This document shows, in pieces, positions 23,629 to 36,689 of a stretch of 47,464 bases of DNA. Origin of the DNA: Octopus bimaculoides (taxonomy: Eukaryota); contig NC_068982.1 in the NCBI RefSeq assembly GCF_001194135.2, positions 16,761,194 through 16,808,657 of the forward strand. Direction: 5' to 3'. The translations under genes and the position numbers were made by a program. Every line of letters starts with the position of its first letter. The first letter of the stretch is position 1. The notes beneath the pieces are model-generated. The model was not told the origin of the DNA, searched no databases, and was given only the letters and a program-made list of their open reading frames with translations.

Positions 23629-25608
23629 TCACAGTATTACCTCTAAAGAGCCGGTTTCTAACCTTGGATCTAGGTTAGAAAACGGCTCTTTATTGGCAAG
23701 AAATCTCGAAATAAAGCTGAACAATGACATACATACATACATACATACATACATACATACATACATACATACATACATACATACATACTTACGTGTGCCT
23801 CCCGAAATACATGAACAGCGATTTTCAAACGTTGTTTTCAAGGAAAATTCAGGGGTGTCATGAAGACATACATTTTGCTTGCCTATTGAATAATTGCTAT
23901 CTTTGTTTGATCCCATTCAAGTCCATTTTAACACCATACGAAGCCTACATAAATATGTCATCGTTGAAGTGGTCTCAATGAACAGATTATCCTTTTTTCA
24001 AGTATTCACTATTTCAAACTTCATAATATATGACATTTTTATGTTTCAACACTGTACAATGTGGTTTCATGCAAATTTGCTTGGAATTTGTTCATAGGTT
24101 GAGCAACTACGTAACGTTGCTGTTCAAACTAAAAATAAACTGCATCGAACTCTCTGGTCAATTTAGGTCATGTTAAACATAATGTGCTTCTTCCTTTCAT
24201 ACCTAATAACTCAATCATAAAACAAAGGTCATAGTTCAATAATTTCATATGGGCCTAAAATGAATGCAATTTCCAAAAGTAGTTACTTGCATTCAAGTAC
24301 TCTAGCTGAACCTTGAAAATACATAACAAAAAGATGAGGATTATAACTGTTGAATATACAGCTGTTGTTTACGTATAAACTATTCATGAACTGCTATATG
24401 CTGCAAGGAAAGTATTTCATAAAGAAAACTGTCACACTCCATAAAGCCACTTACTAACTTTAGTGACGTAACCTGTCACGTTGCTCATATAGTTACTGCA
24501 AACACCACCCTCAGTTTACTCAGCTGAATAATAATACTACTGCAAGTAAAGCGTATAGGAACACGATTAATTTCGAATTTTACCATTTCAGTCTCGTATC
24601 GCTAGCGGCACGAAGCAGCGGAGGTTCAAAACATGGAAGACAGTAAGTATATATTGATGAATTGTCCTAACTATATGTTAATGGATTTTCGTAAGTCCTC
24701 ACTATATATCCGCTTCTATAACTCTTTTTGCAAACACACCTCACGATTCGCTGATAAAGTGTTAACAAAATTCCAATTTTCTGTTCTGTCAGTTCACGCA
24801 TATTAATAAAATACTAGTATAAACACGCTTGTAATAAACGCTGGACTAATTGAAGTCAACTTCAAGAAATATTCTTTAGTATTCATAGAAATATTTTTAT
24901 ATCCCTATGTGCATGTGTGTATGTACATGTATCTGTATATGCCTGTATACATATATATACATACATATATATATGTGTGTGTGTATACGTATGTGTATAT
25001 GAGTGTATGTGTGAGTGTGTATATATATGTGAATTTTTAAATTTTATTTATATCTTATTCTTTTTATTAAATTATTTATATTTATTTTTCCTCAATCATT
25101 TCTATTTTTACTTTACTTCTTTTTCTAGTTTTCTTTATTTTACTTTATCCTTAATCATATTCTAATTAATCTGTAAACCCTCCACCGAGCATATAATAAT
25201 ACAAATTATAAACCTTAATATTTAGTCTGCTGAAATGAACTGATAGATACGTATATAACATCTCAAGATATAAATTTTTCTCTGATGAAATTATGCTCAT
25301 GTCACATAAATGCAAATTTAATGTACAAATTTGTAATTAAATTATTGAGCATGAATTGAAAGAGTTGTAAGAAGTAAAGACGACCAATTTGTTAATAATA
25401 AATAATTATTAACTTCCTACTCTCCATTTTCTCTTCTTCATTTAACTAGACATAAACTATATGCTTAATATATATGTATTGCTTTAAGGGACTTTCATTC
25501 CCCAACAATACCAGCTATTGAACCAGTATCTCCTTGGATGTAACTACCCCTTTAAGAGGTTAACATATCCTCTAATTAAATTTATAGCTAGCTAGCTAGC
25601 TAGCTAGC

Positions 25609-25670
<62 letters not shown>

Positions 25671-25959
25671 CGAAGTGTTTTCGTCAAGGTGACTGAAACT
25701 TACAGGTATGCGCTCTGAATGCTCATTTTCGTATGCCAATAATATTACAGTTTTAACTGCTGTTGAACATGTGTGATGTGAATGTCTTCCTGAAGTGGCT
25801 TGACGTGACTTCCGCTTGAGCTAGTTGGTATAGATTAGAACGAAAACAAAAAGCAATCAGTTAAGTAAGACTTGACAAGGACTTTTAATTTAGCTACGTA
25901 GCAATAAAAAGCTAATTATCAGTAACATTTAATCTAGATATACTATTTGGTAAATCCAC

Positions 25960-27200
25960 AGTAGCTGTGTTTTCTACCCTTCCTTCGTAGATCTTGATCC
26001 TGTCCTATATTTGCACACCAAAAGTATAACAAATATTTCTTTTATGTTGCAGCACCCTCATATTTAATAGAATGCCACTGGGACTCTCTTCTCATTGTTC
26101 TGAGCTAAATTAGGACTTAATGATTCGCACATTATCATTACATCCTTCTAACTTTACTCACCTGTCCACCTACCATGGCATCTAGTTCCTTTTGTACTGC
26201 AGCATTATACTTCCATCAGTCCTTGGCCCCAGTAATTTTACTATACTTAAACTCAGTAATTAAACGTCCCTATTCTACCTATTTAACTATTCTATGTATA
26301 CCCTCGATTAACTTCGGATTTGTGATCTTAATTATTTGATTTTATCCCTTGATTCTCAGTGGAAATACATCTTTATTGAAACCACAAATCATTAAAACTC
26401 TATTTTAATTAGATACAGAAATAAATTTATTTCTGTATCTTACAATACATCTCAACGCTTCTAAAAAAGAACAAACTTTGTTTGTTTACTTTCATCGTAA
26501 AAAAAAAAAGTTGAATTCTATTTTAATTATTATTTTTAAATTTTAAATTTTATATATTTTGTTTGCCAGTACGAACATCTATTTCTAACACTACCACCAA
26601 GCTACTCCATTAATATCTAACCACTTACAACATCAGACTTCTATTATCTTTTTAAGACCGCTTTATTAAATCCACTACACCCTCCAGCCCATTGCTACCC
26701 ATCCTGTAGGTTTAACATCTGTTTTTCTTCATCCCTTGTCTATTTGTCTTCGACACGCATCCCCTAACCTCTCCTAACATCAGTATCCCTCACTATGTTG
26801 ATTAGTATATAAATAATACCCAGCATCTATCTGCATGTCTCCTCCTGCTATAGTGTAGTATACTCATTTTCCATCAGTTTTTCGTAAACATTGGAACTGT
26901 TAACATGTTTTCCCCTCGCCATGGATTATAATCAAACCATTTTCACTATTTTGATTCTACTAATGGACATTACCGATTTTCTTCATTCGTTCACGGATCT
27001 ACCTAACAAATATCTATTTTAATTAGCTTTTTAATTGGATTTCTCCTCTTTTTCTCGACAAAATGAACTACAATAACATCATTGATGAGTAATGTTCTTC
27101 CACTGTTACATCTGTTTAACCACGCCTTCTCTGTCGATGGAATACTTGGACGATGGAATCCTTGCTTGTTGTTCCAATAGTTTGGATAATCTAGAAACAG
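25960..27200 (-). mobile_element. Ancient degraded LINE fragment (unit B copy, longer)
   Basis: Paralog of 1770-2295 extended ~500 bp; heavily stop-interrupted with weak endonuclease-like remnants. Confidence 0.4.
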
Positions 27201-27864
27201 CCATTAGAGATTATGTATACCTTTTTGTTATCTTATAGCTACATTGGGTGTCTTCGTCAAGTCTTGCTAAACCGTTTGCCTTTTCATTTATATATATGTG
27301 TGTGTGTATGTATGTGTGTAAGAAACAAGTTAAAATACTGGTCGTTACATATTATTCTTTTATTGGAGCAAATTTGGTTCATAGTTGTTTCCAATAGTCA
27401 TTATAGGTACATTACTGATAGGTTTACTCGGTGTATTGATAAACCGAGGCAAATTGAAAGACCTAAGAAAATTAATGCTACTTTCGTCAGAGCCATTTCT
27501 GGTTATAACAGACTACTGGAAGAAGCTGTGAGCCAAATTTGCTCCAATAAAAGAATAACATTTATTGACCATTATTTTAGACTTGTTCCTTATATATCAC
27601 AGTGCAAAAACCAGTCTGTCTGGAACCCATCCAAGGATTTACAATATAGAATTATGATGAATCACAAACTTGTTCCCTACCAGCAGATTATCTCGAGTTC
27701 CTCTCTGATCTAAGTTAGCCTCGTGCGCCAACAGATCGCTTATGAAGTATTTTGCCCATATTGAAAATCTCTTACTATTTGTTAAATATATATATCGATC
27801 GTTTGTAGAAATACATAAATCCGAAAGAAAACCACACTCTAAGACGTCGAGCAGTTAATATTAT

Positions 27865-29503
27865 AATAGGGGAGGCTGGTTTATGGGGTTATCCTTGGTT
27901 TCTCGCTTATAAGGGGTTTAGCCTTACGGCGTATCTTCAGACCCCAAACACAGCTGACCTAAGACCTCTTCAAAATATGGAGGGGGAAATGCCTCACTAT
28001 AGAGGCAAACACTAGGTGATTATTTCCCTTTGCCATTAACCATCGAGCTTCGGCCGTGCCACCAACTTGCGGTCACCAAAGAACCACGAAGGTAAACAAT
28101 TGTCTCCCTTAGGCCTTGGCTACTGGCTTCCGGCTGTAGCGTCGCCTTGCGGATTCCAAAAGGCCAGCAGGAATCTTCTAAAATGTAAGAATGGCCCTAA
28201 AAATTCCGTCCTGGAGTTCAGGATGCTCTGTGACATGAGCGAGTCTTTTAGGATTCTCGCGCGTTCGGCAATGCACGACTTGCAACGTTTCGTCCCGTTG
28301 ATGTAGGGGCCTGGGTTCTAGCGTATTTCCCATGCGATTGCGCACGGTATCTCTTCGTCTCTTAGTTGCCAGATATGGTTCTCCAGCGATGTCATGCATC
28401 TCCTTCCCAGGATTCTGGAGGAGGACTAATGATTGGAAAGACACTGTTTGAAAGAATTCCCAGTGCGTCCCACATATTTTTGTGGGCGCGTGATCTCGGT
28501 GTCCCTGCTCCTGTTGTTCGTGCTAATGCTGACGCTGTTACTGCCGCAGGTGGTGTTGTCGCTGATGGAGTTGGGGCTGCTGCTGTTGGTGTTGTTGTTG
28601 GCGTCGCTGGGGTGGTGGTGGTGGTGCCAGTAATATTTTTGTCCCTGTGCGTGTTGCTGCTGTTGTTGTTGCTGCTGGTGCTGGCGATGCTGTTGCTGCT
28701 GTTGTTGTTGGAGTTGTTGTTGTCGTCGATACAGCTGGCACCACCACCGTTGTTGTTGTTGTTGTTGTACCCGGGGTTGTTGGTGCTCGCGATAGTGGGG
28801 GAGGTGGTGATGGTGATGGTAGTGCTATCGCTACTATCGGTTATAGAAGACGTGCTGGTATTGCTAATTATGTTGCTGCTGTTGTTGATGCCGTTATAGC
28901 CAGTGGTGGAACGGGACCTTTTGCTTCTGCTACTTCTACTATAGTGGCAAACAGGCCTGAATTTGTGGACATCGTGGAAGTTATTCGTAAGGCTGGTGAT
29001 GGTAGTGGTGGTGGTGGCGATGCCGCTACTGTTGTTGTTTGCGATGTTGCCATCTCTTCTCATACCTACGGCTGTTATTGCTTCTACCAGTGTTAATAGC
29101 ATGTACTGTTAGAACCTCGGCTTGATAGACGGCCCCTTTTGTTTCGCAGCAACTTCCTCCTGGGCAACTGCTTCGGATCCTGCATGAACAACCTGCCTCT
29201 TTCTGTATCTTATGGACGGTAACTAGGTCGATCTTAATGTTGAGGGCGCAGCTGAACAAGACCTTAACGTTGTACATGTTGAAGATGGACCCGTACCTAT
29301 GAGAGCGCGTGAAATGCTTAGCTCGATGGCCAATAGCTAAAGGAGATAATCACCTAGTGTTTACATTTATAGCGAGGTATTTCCACTCCATATTTTGAAG
29401 AGGTATTAGGCCAGCAGTGTTTGAGGTTTGAAGACACGCCGTAAGGTTAAACCCCTTACAAGCTATAAACCCAGGGTAACCACATAAGCTAGCCTCCCCC
29501 ATT
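27865..29503 (-). mobile_element. Penelope-like element remnant 2 with ~185-bp inverted termini
   Basis: Minus strand: KHFTRSHRYGSIFNMYNVKVLFSC...CSCRIRSSCPGGSCCETKGAVYQAEV...KYVGRTGNSFKQCLSNH*...SLENHIWQLRDEEIPCAIAWEIR*NPGPYINGTKRCKSCIAE...LNSRTEF. 27865-28049 is an inverted copy of 29320-29503. Confidence 0.85.
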
Positions 29504-30196
29504 ATATATATATATATATATATATATNNNNNNNNNNNNNNNNNNNNNNNNNNNNNNNNNNNNNNNNNNNNNNNNNNNNNNNNNNNNNNNNNNNNNNNNN
29601 NNNNNNNNNNNNNNNNNNNNNNNNNNNNNNNNNNNNNNNNNNNNNNNNNNNNNNNNNNNNNNNNNNNNNNNNNNNNNNNNNNNNNNNNNNNNNNNNNNNN
29701 NNNNNNNNNNNNNNNNNNNNNNNNNNNNNNNNNNNNNNNNNNNNNNNNNNNNNNNNNNNNNNNNNNNNNNNNNNNNNNNNNNNNNNNNNNNNNNNNNNNN
29801 NNNNNNNNNNNNNNNNNNNNNNNNNNNNNNNNNNNNNNNNNNNNNNNNNNNNNNNNNNNNNNNNNNNNNNNNNNNNNNNNNNNNNNNNNNNNNNNNNNNN
29901 NNNNNNNNNNNNNNNNNNNNNNNNNNNNNNNNNNNNNNNNNNNNNNNNNNNNNNNNNNNNNNNNNNNNNNNNNNNNNNNNNNNNNNNNNNNNNNNNNNNN
30001 NNNNNNNNNNNNNNNNNNNNNNNNNNNNNNNNNNNNNNNNNNNNNNNNNNNNNNNNNNNNNNNNNNNNNNNNNNNNNNNNNNNNNNNNNNNNNNNNNNNN
30101 NNNNNNNNNNNNNNNNNNNNNNNNNNNNNNNNNATATATATATACATGTATGTATGTTTGTATGTATGTATGTATGTATGTATGTATGCAAGTATG

Positions 30197-30235
<39 letters not shown>

Positions 30236-31710
30236 CTGCCTTTAGACGTTTATATACTCTCGTGATAATGTGAAATAATTATATTTGGAATACTGGATCT
30301 CTGAAGGTCATCAAAAAAAAAATCTATGTATAATAGCCTGTAAGTATTTGGTTGAGAATTCCTTTTAGATTGAAAAAGTCCATGCCTCCACCTTTAGCCA
30401 AGACTGATATTCTATCATTAGACGAAAGTTATATAATAGCTAAATGTGACGGAGAGATGTACGTTGGAGAGATAAGGAAGCACGGCTTTTGCCAGTAATG
30501 GCTTGACAGACACATATTAGGCAAGGGGCTCAGAGACCTGCTTGCAGAACATAGACTTCTTCCATTCTAACCTAGATATGCAGGTCTTTTTCGAGCACTG
30601 CGCATCTCCAATCATTTTAGGCGTTTGTTTTATCATCTCCTCCGTAGTCTCTGCAGCATGAGATAGGTCTTCACCCTCTTTGTCCCATATCTATCTTTCT
30701 TTTTCAAATTCTCTGCTTTCAGATCCCATATCTTCCGTATTCGTGAGTCACTATTAAGTTGCATTGCATTTCATGCACAAGACTCATTCAGGTATACTCC
30801 ATAAAATTTAAAGATAACTGTAGAGCAAATAGTTGTATTACTTAGATTTGATGTTTAAGCAAAGAAACTCTTCTCTTGCTAATTCAGTAGTTCATGTGAA
30901 TCAAAAAAAATTTGAATCAGTAAAAACAATTGAAATATTTCTGAACATTTCTTTGATATTCCAGAATTTGTAGTAGATTTTTTTCCATAACAACCAAAAA
31001 GATTTCTCCACGAAATAGGATGTCAACGAAGTAATTAAGCCTGGAAAAGTACAGGGCAAGAAGAGAAAACGTAAAATGTTGCTACGGGAGTTAGAATTAA
31101 CTAAATAAATTTCTGAAATTGTTGAACAAGCATTTTTTTAAATGACAGCTAATGAACAAATTGAGCGCAAAGTGTACAACTGATTCACTAGCTTACTTTT
31201 TTTTTTATATAAAATTAGGGGTTATCATACATTGTAGATTTTGCGTGATTTTTCGAAATAAAAAACAAATTTTTTAATAGTAGATTTTTAATGTCTAAAT
31301 TAATAGGCAATTAATTTTTTTAACTGAGAAAATAGCTTACTGTGCCTTTTAATTTAAACTTACATAAAAATATTCAAAGGACATTTATTACTATTCAAAT
31401 TTTTATATTGTAATTTCAACAGCAACATTTTAAGTTCTTTTTCTTTTCGTTTTTTTTTTTGCTTCTTATCCTAAACTTCCCTGGCCTAATTACTGTTTGT
31501 CTTTTCTGTTTGTCATTTCTAGACCATTCTTGTGCATATTTTAGTGCACTCTAGCAATTTGTGCCTACATTTTCCTTTTTTTACTGCGTGTCCTGTGCGC
31601 AGATATGAAACTTGAAGGTGCTTGCAAAGAAAATATCAAGGTAACTGCGTGACATTTAGTGAATGACTGCAGTAGTTCTTAGCCCTTAATGACGACTATT
31701 TGTATCACTT

Positions 31711-32086
31711 AGTGGAGGCGCAATGGCCCAGTGATTAGGGCAGCGGACTCGCGGTCGTAGGATCTCAGTTTCGATTCCCAGACCGGGCATTGTGAGTGTT
31801 TATTAAGCGAAAACACCTAAAGTTCCACGAGGCTCTGGCAGGGGATGGTGGCGAACCCTGCTGTGCTCTTTCACCACAACTCTTTCTTCCTATTTCTGTT
31901 GTACCTGTATTTCAAAGGGCCAGCTTTGTCACACTCTGAGTCACGCTGAATATCCCCGAGAACTACGTTAAGGATACACGTGTCTGTGGAGTGCTCAGCC
32001 ACTTGCACGTTAATTTCACGAGCAGGCTGTTCCATCGATCAGATCAATTGGAACCCTCGTCGTCGTAACCGACGGAATGCCAACCA
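31711..32086 (+). mobile_element. tRNA-derived SINE, full length, with TSD
   Basis: A box TGGCCCAGTGA, B box GTTTCGATTCC; 10-bp TSD tgtatcactt at 31701-31710 and 32087-32096. Confidence 0.9.
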
Positions 32087-32510
32087 TGTATCACTTTATA
32101 TTAATGATTTGCTGTTAAGTGGTATCTACCTATAGCAAGTGGTTTTTTGACTAGATACATAAAAGGATTATAGTAATTGATATAAATTCTTGGCCATTGA
32201 GATAGTTGACAAGTATCCAGCATCATGATCAGCCACTTCATTTGTAAAATAGTTGGATTTTAGCAAAACTTCTAATGAGACATATAAAAGTGAGCGATTT
32301 GCTTCTGACATTTTAGATGTTTTTAAGTTTAAAAACTGGTCTGTCCTCATTCAACAGTGAATCAAAAGTAATAACAAAGAATATAGTTGTATTAACTCTA
32401 GTTTTGCATGTTTTTGAAAGGAAGGTGGTCATTAGGCATATCATACTCTCGATGTATTCTTCGTAGCCTGGCAAAAGGAATTCTTTTTCCATCTTATGTG
32501 CTTCAATTAT

Positions 32511-32896
32511 AGGAGGCGCAATGGCCCAGTGGTTAGGGCAGCGGACTCGCGGTCATAGGATCGCGGTTTCGATTCCCAGACCGGGCGTTGTGAGTGTTTA
32601 TTGAGCGAAAATACCTAAAGCTCCACGAGGCTCCGGCAGGGGATGGCGGTGAACCCTGCTGTACTCGTTCACCACAACCTTCTCTCACTCTTACTTCCTG
32701 TTTCTGTTGTGCCTGTAATTCAAAGGGTCAGCCTTGTCACACTGTGTCACGCTGAATATCTCCGAGAACTACGTTAAGGGCACACGTGTCTGTGGAGTGC
32801 TCAGCCACTTGCACGTTAATCTCACGAGCAGGCTGTTCCGTTGATCGGATCAACTGGAACCCTCGACGTCGTAAGCGACGTAGTGCCAACAACAAA
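32511..32896 (+). mobile_element. tRNA-derived SINE of the same family, with TSD
   Basis: A box TGGCCCAGTGG, B box GTTTCGATTCC; 11-bp TSD gcttcaattat at 32500-32510 and 32897-32907. Confidence 0.9.
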
Positions 32897-33118
32897 GCTT
32901 CAATTATTAAAGAATTCCAGAATAGAAAACTTATAAAATTATTTAAATATCCTGTTTTTCGTTAATACAACAAAAATGATATTAATTAAAATTTTTTTAA
33001 TGATGAGCAACTTTTCACAAAAAATTTAAAGTCACCAACCAGCAGTTGTAGATTAATTAAATTTATGAGGAATGTGCACTTTGAAATATCTCTTGTGGAA
33101 TCTAATTTGTTTTTGCAG

Positions 33119-33483
33119 ATAACACAGAAACTGAGGAACCGAACGATGATCCGCCAGGATACTATGAAAACTATGAATACTCATCGGCTTGTGAGAATCC
33201 TACGATATCTGAACATCCCGAATATCCTGGAAATCCACCACTACCAGTATACCAGTCGCAACCCCCACCACCCGAATACCAGTCACAACTACCACCACCC
33301 GGATACTCGTCACAACCACCACCACCACCACCACCACCACCCGAATACACGTCACAACCACCACCTGATTACTATTCCCTCTATCCAGAACTACAACGGC
33401 CAGAACTACAACAGCCAGAACTACAACAGCCAGAACTACAACAGACAGGACTACACCAGCTACAACAACTATGGACTAATGTT
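33119..33483 (+). CDS. Dispanin/CD225 gene B, Pro/Tyr-rich N-terminal exon (phase 1 in, phase 0 out)
   Basis: ttttgcAG acceptor and GTAAGC donor. Frame NTETEEPNDDPPGYYENY...PPPPEY...PPPGY...PPPPPPPPPEY...PPPDY...(PELQQ-like x4)...LWTNV has no stop. Not in the ORF track because this frame has no Met. Confidence 0.85.
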
Positions 33484-35520
33484 GTAAGCGACTATTTTTT
33501 CTTATTATTTTACTTTTTACTGTTCTACAACCATTTATCCTAAACAGAGATCTTATGTTTAGAAAGTTTTAGTCATCAAAATATAACTGTACGCTTCAAG
33601 ACTTTTTAGTCAGTCATATCATTATATGGAGCACAATAAATATTTTAGCTTCGTATCTATTTTATCAATCTTTACCGAAAGGCCGGCTGGTTGTACAGAA
33701 GTATATTGGTAACAGTAGCAATCGGAGTAAGTGACATGGAAGATATATACACACGAATATATACGTGTGTGTGTGTGTGTGTCTATGTGTGCACGCATGT
33801 ATGCTTGTTTGCGTTTATGTGTAGGTGTGTGTTTATGTGTGTGTATGTGTGTGTATGTGTGTATCTGTGTGCATGTGTGTGAATGAATGATAAGTTCCCT
33901 CAAATTTTCCATCAACTGAATTAGACTCACAAGCTATTTCTCAACTCAGAACTATGGTAGAGCATAGATTTCTTTTGTTCTAGGTGCTGGGCAATGGGAT
34001 CAAACCTGGAGTCTTCTGATTCTGAAGTTTCTTTATCATAAAGTGATGAGGGCTCCTGCAAAACTAAAAGGCTTAAATTAATCAGTTTTACTTCTCCAAT
34101 GAAATTAATATAGTTTAGGTTTAATCACGTGATGAAGGGGGTAGATTCGGAAAAAGACTTTGAAATATATGGTAAAACTATGTGCTTATTATATTCATTT
34201 TTGTTTTCTAAATGCTGAGTTTAACTGAGCTTAGAAACAATTAAATAAGTTCAATATAAATGGGTTAATTCACTCAACTATATTCCTCCGTTCAAAATTT
34301 AATCTTACATCAAGTCAAACGAAAATAATGTTTTAATAACTGAATCAATACTCAGAATAGTCGGTGCAGCTATAATAAACTGCTTAAGCTGTTCACCTCG
34401 CAATCATAAGATCCCTGTTCTGAGCACAATGTATACAATTTTGAGTAGATATCTTTTACTATAACCGCAGATCGCTACAAATCTGGTGGGTGAAATTGTT
34501 TAGACGGAAACTATGTAGAAGTACTTTCGTTTGAAGTGTAACTCTAATTCAGAGGTTCAAATTTGTCTCATACTGTGTCAAGTTGATTTTGGTCTGAAAA
34601 TTGCATTAAGCATACACGTGTTTCTGTGTAATATTCAGCCAGTTACTCATTAATGAATAAGTAGTTCTGTTAACTAAACAACTGAATGCTAATTTGAAAA
34701 CTGGCTAGGGTTCTATCATCACTCAAGAGGAAGATAAACTTAATGATAAACCAGATTTCTATTTAGTTTTCTATTTAAGCTAATTGTTTTTGTTACTGTT
34801 AAGATGTTGTTTTAGCCAATCGCGTTACCGCGAAGAGCAGGATTTGAGAACCTTATCAGTGTTATGGACAGTGAGAAACACATCCGAACAGAGACAACAA
34901 GACGATGATACGGCAACTGTTCATGTCACACTTGAATAAATTATAGCCCTTTGTACCTAAAGAAAGAGAACTCAATATTCTATTTATTCAGTTGAAACAC
35001 AGAAATAGGGACTGCAAGTGGAACCCTTTCACCGGTGAAAGCTGATTCAGTCCTCGATGCCCCACTCAGCGAAGCATACAAGATTAGAAGTGAAATGTTG
35101 GTGGCCCTGATACACCTGATGATATTACAGATGGATTTCCAATATTGCAATAGATTCAGATATTGCAATAGTTCCTACAGTTTCTGCATAGCAAAAACAT
35201 TTCTGGTGTTAATTCTACAAATATTCAGAAGCCGTATAATCTAGTCATGTTGAATAAATATATCTTCCTATAAAATAAGGATTGCTATTGTTGTTGTTGT
35301 TTCCCTCCAGGCCAACTCTTATTAACCAATCCTATATTCAAAGGACATAGTTATAACCATTCAGTCTTTTTATAAAGCATTCTATCAGCACATTATCCCA
35401 TGTGTTATTTCTCCAAAAGAATATAGAACTTTATCTAAGGTAGATATGGTTATTGTCATAAGAAAACTACCATATTCATTGGTTTGTTTTTAGTTTTTTT
35501 ATTATTATTTTGCTATTGTC

Positions 35521-35581
<61 letters not shown>

Positions 35582-36160
35582 ATAGAAAGGATTGAGGTAA
35601 CTCCTCCTGAAGATATAGAGTCAAAATTAAAAGAAGAGTGCCATTTGTTATCTGGTGAACGATATTTCGACATCTCGTGTGTCTTCAACTGGTTCAAAAA
35701 ATAAATTTGTCAATCTACTTCATTTTGGTTAATATAGAAAGGATTGAGGNNNNNNNNNNNNNNNNNNNNNNNNNNNNNNNNNNNNNNNNNNNNNNNNNNN
35801 NNNNNNNNNNNNNNNNNNNNNNNNNNNNNNNNNNNNNNNNNNNNNNNNNNNNNNNNNNNNNNNNNNNNNNNNNNNNNNNNNNNNNNNNNNNNNNNNNNNN
35901 NNNNNNNNNNNNNNNNNNNNNNNNNNNNNNNNNNNNNNNNNNNNNNNNNNNNNNNNNNNNNNNNNNNNNNNNNNNNNNNNNNNNNNNNNNNNNNNNNNNN
36001 NNNNTGTCAATCTACTTCATTTTGGTTAATATAGAATCCTTTCTATATTAACCAAAATGAAGTAGATTGACAAATTTATTTTTTGAACCAGTTGAAGACA
36101 CACGAGATGTCGAAATATCGTTCACCAGATAACAAATGGCACTCTTCTTTTAATTTTGAC

Positions 36161-36209
<49 letters not shown>

Positions 36210-36233
36210 CATCATCATTATTATCATTATTAA

Positions 36234-36287
<54 letters not shown>

Positions 36288-36309
36288 CATCATCATTATT
36301 TAGTGAGAA

Positions 36310-36625
36310 AGCAGCGCATACCAACAAAGTGACACTGGGGTAAAATATACGTTGCCTACTATACACATTATGACTACCCATCTGATAAGGGTACACCAGA
36401 TACCTGCATCACGACATGGTGATCTCATATCGAGATTAACAGCGCATGACTTTGCAGGTGGAGCCCAGTTAGAATTTTCTTCAGGTCGAGTAGCCCATCC
36501 CGCTCAAAAAGTCCCTAAATAATGATCGTTTAAGGAGGTTGAACAAAACACCCATGTTTCCAAAGCTGACTTATCCAAACCCCAGAGAATTCCTCTCAAC
36601 ACATGGCTATGATACTCCCTCATTA
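36310..36625. mobile_element. Probable non-autonomous interspersed repeat between triplet tracts
   Basis: Higher-GC ~310-bp block bounded by ATT/CAT tracts, adjacent to Dong-like 3' ends; no ORF. Confidence 0.4.
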
Positions 36626-36689
36626 TTATCATTATTATTGTTGTATTTGTTGTTGTTGTTGTTGTTGTTGTTGTTTTGATTCTCGCTGT

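Noticed and set aside
28366-29096. Plus-strand Leu/Val-rich ORFs that look like TM proteins
   Set aside because: Antisense reading of the AAC/AGC/ACC triplet insert in the PLE.
30400-30780. Purine-rich minus-strand coding-like stretch (also ~10000-10500 and ~14850-15300)
   Set aside because: Short, stop-interrupted frames with no recognisable motif; probably old TE debris but not assignable.
31711-31790. tRNA-like sequence (also at 32511)
   Set aside because: It is a SINE head followed by a ~300-bp body and TSDs, not a tRNA gene.
33065-33487. 140-aa His/Asn-rich ORF overlapping the gene B exon
   Set aside because: It is the shifted frame of Pro/Gln codon repeats. It cannot splice in frame to the CD225 exon, and the same frame has an early stop in gene A.
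35570-36165. ~150-bp tandem unit, gap, then an inverted copy with a fold-back junction near 36035
   Set aside because: Essentially identical inverted sequence next to a gap and triplet tracts most likely reflects mis-assembly or chimeric reads; long reads would settle it.
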